Assembly (NCBI RefSeq): GCF_964355755.1 | Contig: NC_092672.1 | Span: 10,044,001-10,108,000 of the forward strand | Direction: 5' to 3' | From: Antedon mediterranea | Lineage: Eukaryota > Animalia > Echinodermata | Length of the DNA: 64,000 nucleotides | Part shown: positions 36,794 through 49,600 of the stretch, piece after piece | How positions within the stretch are numbered: position 1 is the stretch's first letter | How the letters are laid out: each line of letters begins with the position of its first letter | Notes under the pieces: generated by a model | The model's input: the letters and a program-made list of their open reading frames with translations, nothing else | Databases searched by the model: none | What the model was told of the DNA's origin: nothing | Program-made: the position numbers and the translations under genes

Positions 36794-39155
36794 ATGTCTT
36801 TAGGAAAGCTGGTGCAGAATGATAAACGGTATGCGGAGGCGTTTAAAATGTTTCGAGAAGCTTCCGATCAAGAAAACAAAATGAAAACGTGGATACTACA
36901 AGACTTCTCAAAATTGATAAAGTCAACTTTCTTGCTCAAGATTGAAGAAGATATAGTCGAAATGATGGGGATAGGCAGCGGATTTGGTAATTATTATTAA
37001 TCTAAATCAGGAAAGAGTTAACGCTCATTCAGTCTGTGACGTAGTCACGTAAGTCAGAAGACTTTAGGCACGTTTGACTTAAATTAATAATAAATATTAC
37101 ATAAAACATACGCATTTATTTACATAAGCCTTTCATAAAAAAAAAAACAAATTAAAAAGAACTGGACAAGGGTAAACATGGTACATTTTAGATAAGAGTT
37201 AAAAATATTAAAATATAATTCGACAATTAAGCTTTTGTCAAATTGTATTTAACTTTCGGTAAAAATGTAATCATTTGACTTCTGTATACCAAATGTACTG
37301 TATATTATTTTGTTTCATAAAGTAGTAAACAGTTTGCAACTGTATAAGAGTTATCACACCACCATTATACATTGTTTATGTAATATGTATGTATTTCAAC
37401 AACAACAACAAAACGAAATTGAAAAATCAAAATTATTCTGTATTTTGAAAGGACAAATGGACATGCATTTGTTCGATGTCATCGGCAATTTCAATCAGAA
37501 AATAAACGAACTTGTAGTGGAACCCAATGCAGTAGAAATTGAAAAGTTCAAATCTTCAATTGCATCATCAGCAGCCGAATACAGTAACGTCACGCTTGAG
37601 TACGTTCCGAAAACGATTGAATCGTATTATAAGGTGGGTAAATCACTAGGTGATTCAATAGTAGAAATTAATTGTGTATTAATTAATATAATCATTAGTT
37701 AGCTAACGGTATTTGTCTATAGCTTTACTTAAACTTGTTTATATTCGTGTTTTGTTTTGTATTAGACACGGAATTCTACTAGAAAGTTCAATTTTATTCA
37801 TTGCATCCACGTTTTGGGTTATGTGGACGATCCGAAACAAGTAATCAAAGATGCGTTTAACAGTCTTTTAGAGGGCGGTATATTACTCATAATTCATTGT
37901 GCAGGTACGTTTTTGTGTGTGATTTTCTTTACATGAATGTAGCCTAGGTCGAACGAAAGCATTTAATATGTATTTCATTATTGATTTTTAAAATATTGAT
38001 TAGTAAAAATGTTTAATCCCAAGAAATTTAAAAATTGGTGACGTCACAAAAATATTCTCAAAGTTATCGGTATAAATGATTCAATATGGGTCGAGAAAAT
38101 AAATAGCACGCCCTATTTCGTTTTTTGACAAGAATTTAGCTCATTCAATGGTTGCTATAATTTAAATTATTATGATTAAGGCTGCGACACACTAGGACGT
38201 AATGGTCGACGATAACTTGATAAAAAAAAACATTTCGACAAGTTTAATTCTAAAATTCATTTTTATAATATTTTCCAATCAAATGAAGTCATGATCAATA
38301 AGAACAATACAATGTTTACATCACGATAGTAAACGTCATTTCATTGGGTCAAAAGCCGAAAGCATAGAGGGAATATAGTGGTGAAAACAGTAAATTGTTT
38401 TAAGGACCATTTATACTAGAACGATAACAATCGACGATAACTAGATAGATATGAAGTTTTATTACATACAATAGAAGATATTAAACAACTGTTCATCCAA
38501 TGACGTCACTATTAGGATTAATAATTTATTTTGTCTTTCTATGAAAATAATATTTGTAGACGTTCAATTAGAAAGAGCAATAATACAGTGAAGGTACAAC
38601 GATAATTATTAGTCATTTGATTAGATTTTCAAAAATATTATTTTCGATAAAAACAGCATAAATGGTTATCTTACTTCTATAATGATTACTTTTTTAATAT
38701 ATGAAACAATGTATGTCTATCTATTTATCGTCGATCGGTATCACTCTGCAGTTAGAATGTAGTAGTCTTTAGGCCTATAATGCTATATTTTTTATACAGT
38801 GTCACATGGTATGACTCAGATTTTGAACACCTTTGGAAAGAAGATGTTTGGTAACAAATGGCGGTACTTTCCAACTGGACGAGACATAGAAGAGATAATA
38901 GACGGTCTTGGTTTAAACTATATGACGGATGTTATAAACTCAAAGCTAGACATTTCAGAATGTGTAGACGGAAACTCAGATACTGGAAAAGTATTGTTAG
39001 ATTTCATAACGCATGTTGATCGCTTTTCTGAGCGTGCATCAGCAGACCTAGAAAAGGCCGTCTACGAAGCAGTAGACAGCAATGAATACTGCTTTAAAGA
39101 GGATGGTAAAACATACATGAAAATCGATTGTTCAACATTCGTAGTTAAAAAATAG
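36794..39155 (+). CDS. HNMT-like: HNMT-like protein, copy 5 (289 aa; sister of copy 4)
   Basis: Exons 36794-36986, 37452-37633, 37766-37904, 38800-39155; GT-AG, 870 nt open; exon sizes identical to copy 4. Confidence 0.92.
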
Positions 39156-39172
39156 TCTGATGATGCTGGTAA

Positions 39173-39952
39173 TCTATATATAAATTCTGACATAGGCGAG
39201 CACATGGGACTAATCTTTGCCTTGGATACCTACCTGATCTATCTTAGATGTACCGCGAAATGTAAATTTGATAACATTAGTTTTCACTATTACGATATTG
39301 TTTCATATTTCTATCTTAGGACTTATAATGGGTTTTAAAACGACGATTTCATCGGTAGATTTTCAATTCAATTTCAATTTTACGCGGTCGAAATAATTTC
39401 ACGATGAGTTTACGGGTTCACCTTGCAACTTCCTGATTTCAACTAAGTTGGCTGTTAGTGGCTATAGCCATTTTAGTTTTTTGTTTATTTTCGGATCGGA
39501 CAGCGCGTGTGAAGGTACAGTAGTTAAAAAAATAAAAATGATACTGCAAATTAATAAAGATCAAATTAAATATATGCCATAAAGCATCGGAGTATATTGT
39601 GGGGAATAGTATTATAAAATTACATAGATTACAGATCTGATGATAAGTCATTTTGTTTAAAATCGAGTGAGATCCCTATGGCCGAGTTTTATTGAGTAAG
39701 CTGGCAGGAATAACTGTGGGCTATGTGTCCCGTTAGGATCGGGATACATCTGCCCTGGTTGCAAGCCGTCTAAAACGTCTTCCTTCCGAAACGGCGCACT
39801 CTGTCGCGGAAGTTATTTTCAAAAGATGTTTACATTAAATAATGTATTAATTGTTAGGATGGTATTTATTTGAATAAACGCCCAACACCTCCCCGAGAAC
39901 CATCGTCTACACTTCCTAGAGGGGGAGCGAGCGAAGCGATCTCACCCTCTAG
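39173..39952 (+). mobile_element. Non-autonomous Helitron in the 3' UTR of copy 5
   Basis: 5' A|TCTATATATAAA, 3' hairpin GAGGGGGAGCGAGCGAAGCGATCTCACCCTC then CTAG|T; no TSD; empty site ATGCTGGTAA|TAGTAATA after the copy 4 stop (33031-33048). Confidence 0.9.
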
Positions 39953-41112
39953 TAGTAATACATATCAATAATATAAACAAAGCAATGTATGATATACCGA
40001 TTGGCCTAATGAATGTTTATGAGTGTAATAGTACAAATAATGTTATGAGGTGAACGTTGACAACGATGGAAAGTTATATTTCAACGAGGCGAAGATATAA
40101 CCACCAAATGTCATTATTTGTACCATTACACGAATATAAAACATTCATTATTTGTTTTATATAACATATAAATGGATTCCTGTCATTTGAATCATATTGA
40201 ATAAAAGGTTGGCATGGGCCAACATTTGTTGATTCACATTGATTGAAACTGTAATATTTTTTTTTAATAGTATATTAAATATAATATTTATTTGGTTGGA
40301 TGAACACACCTACTGTAATGTTAATTAAGTCAACAAATGACGAAACATCATCTAGGCTAAGTTAGTTTTTTTATTCAACGATTCCACGTCTTTTAGAGAT
40401 GTAATTATTTAAAATCATACAAACGATCTAAAGCTAATTTAAATGCCTTTTTTTTCTTAATTAGTACATATCTCTCAAAAAAATGTACTCCCATCGCGAT
40501 ATTCGTAAAGCGTATTCGTGTTGACGAATATCACCAGTCATATTCGTAACTACAAAACGAGTACAGTTTATGACCTATTTTGCACATTTTGCCTTTGAAT
40601 CAGGAATGATTCAGGATTATAATATAATTATATATTTATTGAAAGTAATTTACTAAATTAATTTACTAAAATGCCAGGCCAATTTTGATAAATAGCAGTT
40701 TTTAAAGTCCTCAATCGCTTTGATATTACGCTAGGCATAGGTAGCCAACACGTACAGGCGCTTCGCTCAAATTTACCGCATATTTTGGACGGCGCCCTAA
40801 ATATTTCGTTGCCATAAGAAACAGATTTTTACTGGCTTACAAAAACGAATACGTGTGCGTGACGTATCCGTTTTCGTTATCGTATTCGTAAGATTGCGAA
40901 ACCTCTCTATTATCTACTTAGGCCCTACCCCGAAAATTGTAGGCGCTATCGTGATAAACAAAGCAAGCACTATACTTGGTAAAATAGAATTTTGTTTTAA
41001 TGAAAGCACTAAACTGAGTGAAGTACTTTGGCAAAATATATCAGGGAAAACATTATTCGGGGTGAGAGAGAGAGAGAATTTTTTTTTTTACCTTGAATTA
41101 CCTTGAAATTAA

Positions 41113-41708
41113 AGCTCAGGTACAGGCATGAATTTTAAATATAATGTTTGGTTAATTGTACATATATCAAATATTTGTAACAGAAATCGAGACGAAAAAA
41201 CATGAATTTCCCTTAATATGGTCAAATACAAAATTTGGCAAAATTCTTCCATAAAAAACCAGGAAGACTTTTTTTCAGTAGTTAGGTAGTTAACCTAATG
41301 TAATAACATGTCTGGTGACTCCCTAGACGGTGAAAAAAGATGCTGGATATACGGTGGATGATTTTTTCTATAGCATGAAAATAAAAATCTGAAGTTGAAT
41401 AAAAATATCAGAAATGTAATATTCAAGTTATATTACCTATATTTAGTCATCTGATAACATTTTTTACTACACCGTTTATTTTTCATAGCTTTTTAAAATG
41501 CCTCTTTATTTACAAAATTTGTGTACAAAAGAATAGAGATTTTACTGTGTAATTTGAACTATCCCCCCACTGATAAGAAAGTGCTTATTTTCAACAAGCT
41601 CGTGTAACACAAATAAAAACCCAAAAAAGTATGAAACATAGGGGAAACTATAGATCGATAATTATTGGAATGTATGATCAACAGAAATTTTTTTCCCGTA
41701 CCTAGCCT
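41113..41708. mobile_element. TTAA-flanked MITE (Kolobok-like)
   Basis: TTAA|AGCTCAGGTAC...GTACCTAGCCT|TTAA; absent from the paralogous region ~33880-33915. Confidence 0.7.
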
Positions 41709-44598
41709 TTAAGGCTAAAGCACCAAGAAGGGGGGGGGGGGGGGGGTGGGCGCCGAACTGGATATTTTGTAATTTTGTAAATAGGTAATGAATAACTGCG
41801 ACTTGCGCATTCCACAACTTTCTTCTCCTCTAAAGGTCCCTTCGTGTCGAGTGCTGCTTAATGGTGCCTGTTCGTCCATATCCGAGAAGACTTGTTCTAC
41901 CACCATAACAATGGTCAAGGAGTGTCTTTACCTGTGCCGATTGTATTGAATCAACAAACAACGGTCATCAGTAATAACATTAGCTGCGGTTAATATGATG
42001 CTCGTGGAAAGCGACTACGCAATTGGAGCCCATTATTACACTTGGATATATGAATATGCATTTTTCTTACATAAAAAAAAAAACAAAACTATAGAACTAT
42101 CATATTCATTTATGCAGCCGTCCAATCAAATGACGCCATTACTAAAAGAATAGAATCTTGAAAATACAACGATTTTATTATCATGACTTCATTTAATTGA
42201 ATTTTCAAAAATTTTATTTTTGATCAAAATCGGCATAGATGGTTAGGCCTATCATTATAAGTTTAAAAAAAAGTGTTTTAGTTTATTTTGTGTAAAGAAA
42301 ATGTAATTTTTTAAGGTCGATCTTTTTCGTCCTGTGTCTAACAGCCTTTATACGGTTCAATCGGTTCATTCTGCGCATATAAACATTGTGTGTTGCAGAA
42401 TGACTTTTCGACACAATTACGCGCGTCGTCACACACGAATTGTCGGTAATTAAATGTAAATATATAATCAATGTATTACAGAAAAGGAAAACAACTACAC
42501 GTACATATAATCAATCCATTCATTGAATTTTATTTGCCAAAAATATATTTTTAAATAAGGTTATTTCAAAATGAAAAAAAAAAATACTTCATGTTCTTAA
42601 TGGGTATAATACCAATGATTAGTAGAACACTGACTAGCATAGCACACAAATTGAAGCTGGAATACTTTTGAAATAAACAAACAGCCGGCGAACAACAACG
42701 CAAACATGTACATAAACAATACATACAGTTACAGTTACAACTTCTAGTAAGTAGTCCGTACAATAACAATTTATTGTACAAAATAAATAAGAAACAAGAA
42801 CGCTGTCATGATGAAACCGAAAATTCATCGAGACTTGAGACACATTTCAGAGTCTCTAAAATGTGTGTTGGGCCTAAATAAAGATTGTTTAACACTATAG
42901 GCCTACGTAGCATACAGCATTTACAATTTGAGTGGATGACGCTCGGCCTTCGTTAAAAGTAGTTTGGCAAAACATAGGGCCTAATACAATAATAAAGGTC
43001 TGCACTCTTACGAGTGTCTCTCGTTATAATTAACAACGTTATCCTGGTATATTCAAAATAATGATTGATTCCTGAATCCTGAATTCATTGCGGATATTAT
43101 TTATTATTTATTGGAATATTATTAGTAAAGCGTTCGTTCAAATACAATGCACGACTATGATGAACGACACTGACCTTATCAATGATGATCACACTGCCTA
43201 ACACTTCTCCGAAAGTATACTACGACAACACACTGCATGTGGAGAGCTTATTTAACTTGATAAATAATGTAGCCTACTATAAACATTGTAGTAACGTCGA
43301 ACACAAAATTGCTCTGAAGTAGGCAATAGTAATGAAAATTCAGTTTTGACGAACGACGTTCAAAGTAAACATAACGTTAGCATCACTGCATTTGACTTTT
43401 GAATGACGTAATTTGAATACATTTTATACGCAGATGCAAGGTGTCCGAGTCTCGCATAATTACGTCATCATAACGTGTACTTCTGCATACAACTGCATTT
43501 CTACATTATTGTCTTTATTAAAAGTACAAAATGACCAATTTGTTAATCATTTGTTAAATTCTTCATGCTAGTCGGATGACTGTATATTTATATATCATTG
43601 TATGCTTATTATTCAATTGTATGTCGCAAAGAGTTAATTGTTGGTCTTTCATGAAATTATTTAAAATAAATATTCAATATTGCGTTACCAGGGCTTTCAA
43701 TTACATACAGCTAGCTTTAATTGGGTGTGGCTACGGCACAGAATCATAACTTGGATTGCTATACAAAAATAATATTTAAAAATCTGATAATTTACTACTT
43801 ACAAATGTCAAATAATACTGTAAAAATATCTTGAACAAAATGCCATGTTGACGTGTAAAATAATTTCCGTAAAGGTTAAATTGTTGGAAGCCCAAAGTCA
43901 TGTTTATTGTGTCAGATTTTACGTAGTGTACGCACCGAAAAATACAGTGTTGTATCTCCGGACAACTCGGAAACCGAATGTTCGAACAAGTATTCAGTTT
44001 GACGGAATTAGTTTCTATAAACTGAGCGTTTTTAATAAAATACAGATTTATTTGTAAAATACCGGCAACGGATAAAATATTCACTACACAACATCGCTGT
44101 ATGAATAAAAAACGTACTGGAAAAACGGTTTATCACCATAGAAGGCTAAGGCTAAGTTTACGGCTTTTGTTCTCTGCGGGTGAAATAAATGATTGCCGGT
44201 GAACTAACACTATACCACTCGGCCAAACATCTGGCTTGGAAAAAAACCTGTTGACAATAGGTATCATAGCGCCCCTACAATTTCCAATAATGTATGCTAT
44301 AATTTCTGCCTTAACTTGATAGGCGAAACATTCGGAGACGATTTAATGATTAATATAATATTGATACGAATATACATAGAAACAAGATTCTGGCAAAAAC
44401 GAGGATGATATTGTATAACGAACGATGAAGTTGATCGATCTCTCACGTTCTAGAACTATATTATAGTTAACAATATTAATTACGGTACTCGCTTCTATTA
44501 CGCATTATTTTACAATAATGAAACGTATATATGTTTATAAATATTTATCATAGACACACAGTAATTAGAAAGCCGAATTACTCAGTTAGGAAAGGATA

Positions 44599-46604
44599 TC
44601 ACTGTGTATGTGTATGTGTATAGATTTGTGTATTTCGTCCATTTTTCAGTTTGAAATTCAATTCTCTTTTAAACGCTTTCTTCTTAAACTGAAAAACGGA
44701 CTTATACGCATCACGAAATTTCTTATTTCTAATTCCATAAATGATAGGATTACAGCAACTGTTAAAATAACCAAGTATAAGCGTCGCGACGTCCAGAATT
44801 CTTGGAGGGCCATTCCCTTGGCCACGAGCACCGTCAAGAACCGCCCAAATCATTGTGATACAAAATGGTAGCCAGCAGACGATAAACATACACACTACAA
44901 TTAAAAACGTAACAGCTAATTTTGTTTCCCCTTCTCTGCGCTTACGTATGCTACTTTTCTTCATTCCTATAGAAACGGTGGAGCTTTGACGATGTTTCCA
45001 CGGCGACGTACGAATTCCCTTATCGGAACTACTTCTCTTTGGTAAAAGAGACGGGTCACAATCACTATTTGTTTCACGTAAATCATATGTAACTTTTAGC
45101 TTGTTAGCTGAAGGTTCTGATTTTCGGCGTACAGAAAAATCAACGTCACTATCCGTACAATTTGTAATAATAATATTGTTTCCGGTATTTATTTTTTCTT
45201 TCGAGCATGTTTTATTTTCATCACTACCCTCGGAAAGTTTTCTCATTGGAACTGTACCAGCAATAGAATACACACTATTTCCCCTAATTTCAGATAAATT
45301 TGAAAGTTGGCTATCACGACGTTTCGCACTAAACAATCGTCTAAACCTTCGAAGAGAGACCTGACGATCAACGTCGGTATCTATTATCCCAAGAGGTGAG
45401 CAAACTCGCCGCCTGCTGCGTTTGACTTCATTTAAGATATTCCAGTAACAATATAGCATTATCGAACACGGTCCTCCGAAACACACACCAATCATAAAGA
45501 ATGCATACGATTGGTCTTCTGTCCAATTGCAAAAGCAGAAAGATTGGTTATCAATGAATTCGTAAGTACTCCAACCTAAAAAGGGTAAAGCAGCTAGCAT
45601 CGCCGAGAGCACCCAGACACCTGCAAGGTAAATGAAATAACATTCACAATTATTTAGAGGTTGTTTTAAAAGTGTGTTTATACAATCAACTATTGCAATT
45701 CACACACTAGATTCAAGAAGAAAGATTCAAGATTCAATTTATTGTCTCATAATATCACATACATGACATTTGTTTTCCTGAACTTAGAAACATAAAGACA
45801 ATACACTTTAAAACACAATATAAAAACGTAACACCTTAACTAATTATCTGGAAAAGTGTACATTATATAGATGACAAGCATATGAGAAAGAAAAGTCTCT
45901 AAAACGGTTTTAACGATTTCAATATTAATTTGGACTATGGCCGTAGTGTTCATATATTTTCCTCACTTGTTTCACGGAAAGTGTCATCTTAACGGGGCGT
46001 CCGTTAATAGGTGTCCCAAGGGTGGGGTTCTATTGTGTAATGAATGTTACCTACCTAAAATAAGATATCCTGTATATCTTTTGCTCGCCATTTTTGTGTA
46101 CTTTTGTGGACTGACGATAATAGCGTAACGATTAACACTAATTGCAGCTAACGACATCACAGATGCAACAAATGTCAGCATATTGGTAAAACCTAGTCCT
46201 TTACACAACAAAATACCAAGATCCCAGCCGCCATTTATAATTGAGTAAATCGTGAAAGGCATATTAATAACAGAAACCATAATATCTGCTGAACTAAGAC
46301 ATAACAAGAGGGCGCTCGTTGTCGAGCGTAACGATCGCGTGTTCAATATGACTGCCCAGAGCAACGCGTTACCAGACAATGCGGTAACGCAAATAATTGT
46401 TAATACTGTTACTTCGATAACTTTTTCTACAGTTGATATGGGTACACCAACGTTCTCCGTCGGAGTGATTGAAAGAAACACATTATTGGTAACGCTGTTT
46501 GTGGAATCCGATGTGACAACCGATGCGTTTGTTTGTTCAATTATTTCAGAAAGCAACGTCATATTGTCATAACTGTTTGTGGATAGCATACTGTAATTAT
46601 TCAT
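44599..46604 (-). CDS. Rhodopsin-like (class A) orphan GPCR, 523 aa
   Basis: Coding exons 46604-46055 and 45620-44599 joined in phase 1 (G|GTAGGT...TGCAG|GT), giving YLILG-VWVLS. TM motifs GN, LSSAD, C3.25...ISVNRY, W4.50, ECL2 Cys, FGGP...CY, CWLPF, NSCCNPIIY, helix 8 NKKFRDAY; several N-terminal N-x-S/T sequons. Confidence 0.93.
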
Positions 46605-46637
46605 TCACTGCAATGCCCATTTAAAGAAATGTACCAT
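46605..46637 (-). promoter_or_regulatory. Upstream ORF (MVHFFKWALQ*) abutting the GPCR start codon
   Basis: ATG at 46637 to TGA at 46607-46605, directly followed by ATG at 46604; lies downstream of a strong acceptor (T-run..CTTAG| at 46670). Confidence 0.6.
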
Positions 46638-49600
46638 AAGAGATGTGTCCGGCGTTTCTTCGTTTCACCCTAAGTTAAAAAAAAAATGAAAATACAGAAC
46701 ATCATAAAAAATATGCCCATTCACCAACTCTGTATTATGGTATATATTTTTGGCTTCTGAACACACATTTACGTAATTTAGTAATTCTACAATGTTTGTG
46801 GCAAAGAGGTTATCAGAGTCTACATTCAACTTCAGATATCATAAGCTAACGTTGAAGATCAACAACAGGTAGAGATCATGATCTCATAGTCTGTCTACCT
46901 TTACACATTCTAAAGTGGGCAAGTTAAAAACATGTCAATATGGGAAAATATAGTAAATATTATGTTATTTATATACAAATCCATAATACATCATGTATCA
47001 CTATTATTATTAATTTTTTAATAAACATTTTTATGCGCCTACAAGGAAAACATATTGTTTAATTGACATTTTGGGCGGTTTTTATGAAGGAAATGAAACC
47101 ATTTCCTCTTCTATTCAATCTAGGCCTAATAGCTCCACACGGTAATATCCGTCATCTATGCATTTATGTGTGAGGTTATGTAAGGCCTGGCATAAAACGA
47201 CAGGTTCCTGATTTGTAATCATTGGTTCATTCAAAATTCTTTCTTTTGTTTCGGAATACCATGATCATTTTGACAAACCCATACCATATAACGTACTTAA
47301 TCATTAACAAGAATGAATACACATGTACGCAATCATTCTACAGTATTCTGTTCATTTATTACAAAAAAACAAAAAAATATTTAATTTTGCATAAACTATT
47401 ATAATGGATACTACATAGATGTACCGACAATTACTGATTGATTCAGTCCTCTGTTGCAATATAGAAAATGTTTAAACTCTCTATTAATGGTAAACAATTT
47501 GAGTTTTAGAGAAATGTATATAGCCTACAGCTGCTTACGGTACGCATTCAGCCAAAATGTCTCATGAATATTTTAAAATAATTCTACAAAATTATATCAC
47601 CTAGCTAGATTGATTTAAAATAGTATTTTCGATTGAAGTACAGACTATAGTAAAAGAATACAAAAAGACCACCAACGATATGATTTGAAAAACACAATAT
47701 CTGTACTATAGGCTAAATGTAAAACCATGATCATTGGGCGTATAAAAATGATGTCTATATGGCGCACAGTTTATATATATTTATATATCATCTTATTTTG
47801 CATTGAGTCGACTTTTACTTCATATGTTAGGAACTGTTGCCATTTCAAAGTATGATGATCTATAAACAATCAATATACATATATCATTCAGGACATTGTT
47901 GTTCCAAAAGAATCATAACACTAATGACAATTTTAATGACCGACACGGTCGACTAAACTAACATGGAGATAATTTAGCTTGACTATGAGATATAATTTAG
48001 AGCAACTGTTGAGAAATATGAAATGCCACAGGGTATTCAAATCAAGTACAAACTGTTTTTTTGTAACGTTAACAATAACATTATACAGAATAATTATATG
48101 AAATAAAACATATCGTTATTTCTATTTTAGGTAATAAATCCATGTTCGTCCTCCTTATAACAAGTATACTGAAGCAATATGGATCAAACCGGGGACTATA
48201 ATATTCTTCGGAGAAGGAGGATCATTGATGACAATTTACAAACTATTTTTGTTAGTTGAGATATTCAAAGCGTCTTCAAACTATAGCCAGAATAGTTTTC
48301 CGATGTTTGTTTGTTCTCTTTTGTGGTGTAACCTACAACTTTTATTCGTTCATCAAGTTTTTCAACAAACATTTGCTAGTGTAGACAAATGAATTTAATA
48401 AATATTGGAAGTTACATTTTGTAACCATTAGAACCGTTCCAAAATGTGTCATTCACAACCTGTCTCAGAAAAAAAAACAAGATATGTTTATTTACTATAC
48501 TCAGCGGTAATAAGAGGTCAGCCACTCAATAAAAAGAGAGAGAAACCGACTGCGCATGGGCAATTAAATGTATTTCTCCATGCTTCTTGCATTTTTTTTA
48601 TTCAATACATTCCATTTAGTGCAAGTTTTTTCCTTAAAACTTGTGTAAATCATCGTCGAGTCTTTAAAGAACTACAATGAACAATAAGCCCTATTTTTTA
48701 ACTTTTAACACAATAAAAACAGAACCAGAATTGTATTGTACACCAAAATGAATAACTTACTAACTACTATAGTGTTATGTTGGTCTTGTGGAAAGCCTGT
48801 TCACTGTTGTATCTTTTTATAACATTTAGGTAAATACTGCCTTTAATGTTTTACATTGTTCTGATATTGTTGTGCGTTTTGTAAAAACAATTATGCATGT
48901 AATAAGATGAAATTAATTGTTCTATATTAGTTTATAGTTTTGCTACAAATTATTAAGCATATGAAAGGTAAAAAAGAAGAGCATTTAATCTTGATTACCT
49001 TTTTTGATAATCATTCAAAACATCTTTGTACATACAACATATGACAGGATGTGGGACTTTCCTTATACTTTTGAATTGTTCCTTTACGGCTTTTCCTTTT
49101 TTAATACCCATTTACCACAATTTAGGATATTACCATAATAAATACATAGATCTACCACAACTCTAATTAAAATTCCTTTCACAACGTTCACAAAGTGTTG
49201 CTACCAAACATGTTAATTACTGTATCTATATATAGATAATAAATAACAGAAGCAACACTTTGGTTGTGCAAGGAAATATATAATTACGCTGCAGATTGTA
49301 GTTTTTACAATATTTTTTTATTTGCGCACTTTTTATACATTTGTGCATGTTCATCTTCTCAGGGATGAGTGTAATTTCAATCTTTCCTGTTAAACAATAG
49401 CACCACTGATATTGGCTGTGTGTAATTAAAAAACATACATCCTGGATTGTGAGGGAATACGTAGCAAACAATACAAGGTATAAAACCATGAAAGGTAAAC
49501 TTCATTAGTCGGAGGCGTTTTAATGGGTACAGCAACTGCAATATTATGACACACCGTAGGCAGGGAAGACTGATATTGCACTCTTCCCTGATAAATGCAA

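Noticed and set aside
44608-46572. Plus-strand ORFs at 44608, 45101 and 46252
   Set aside because: Antisense shadows of the GPCR exons.
44599-46604. GPCR as histamine/aminergic receptor or opsin
   Set aside because: Asn rather than Asp at 3.32; Tyr rather than Lys at 7.43.
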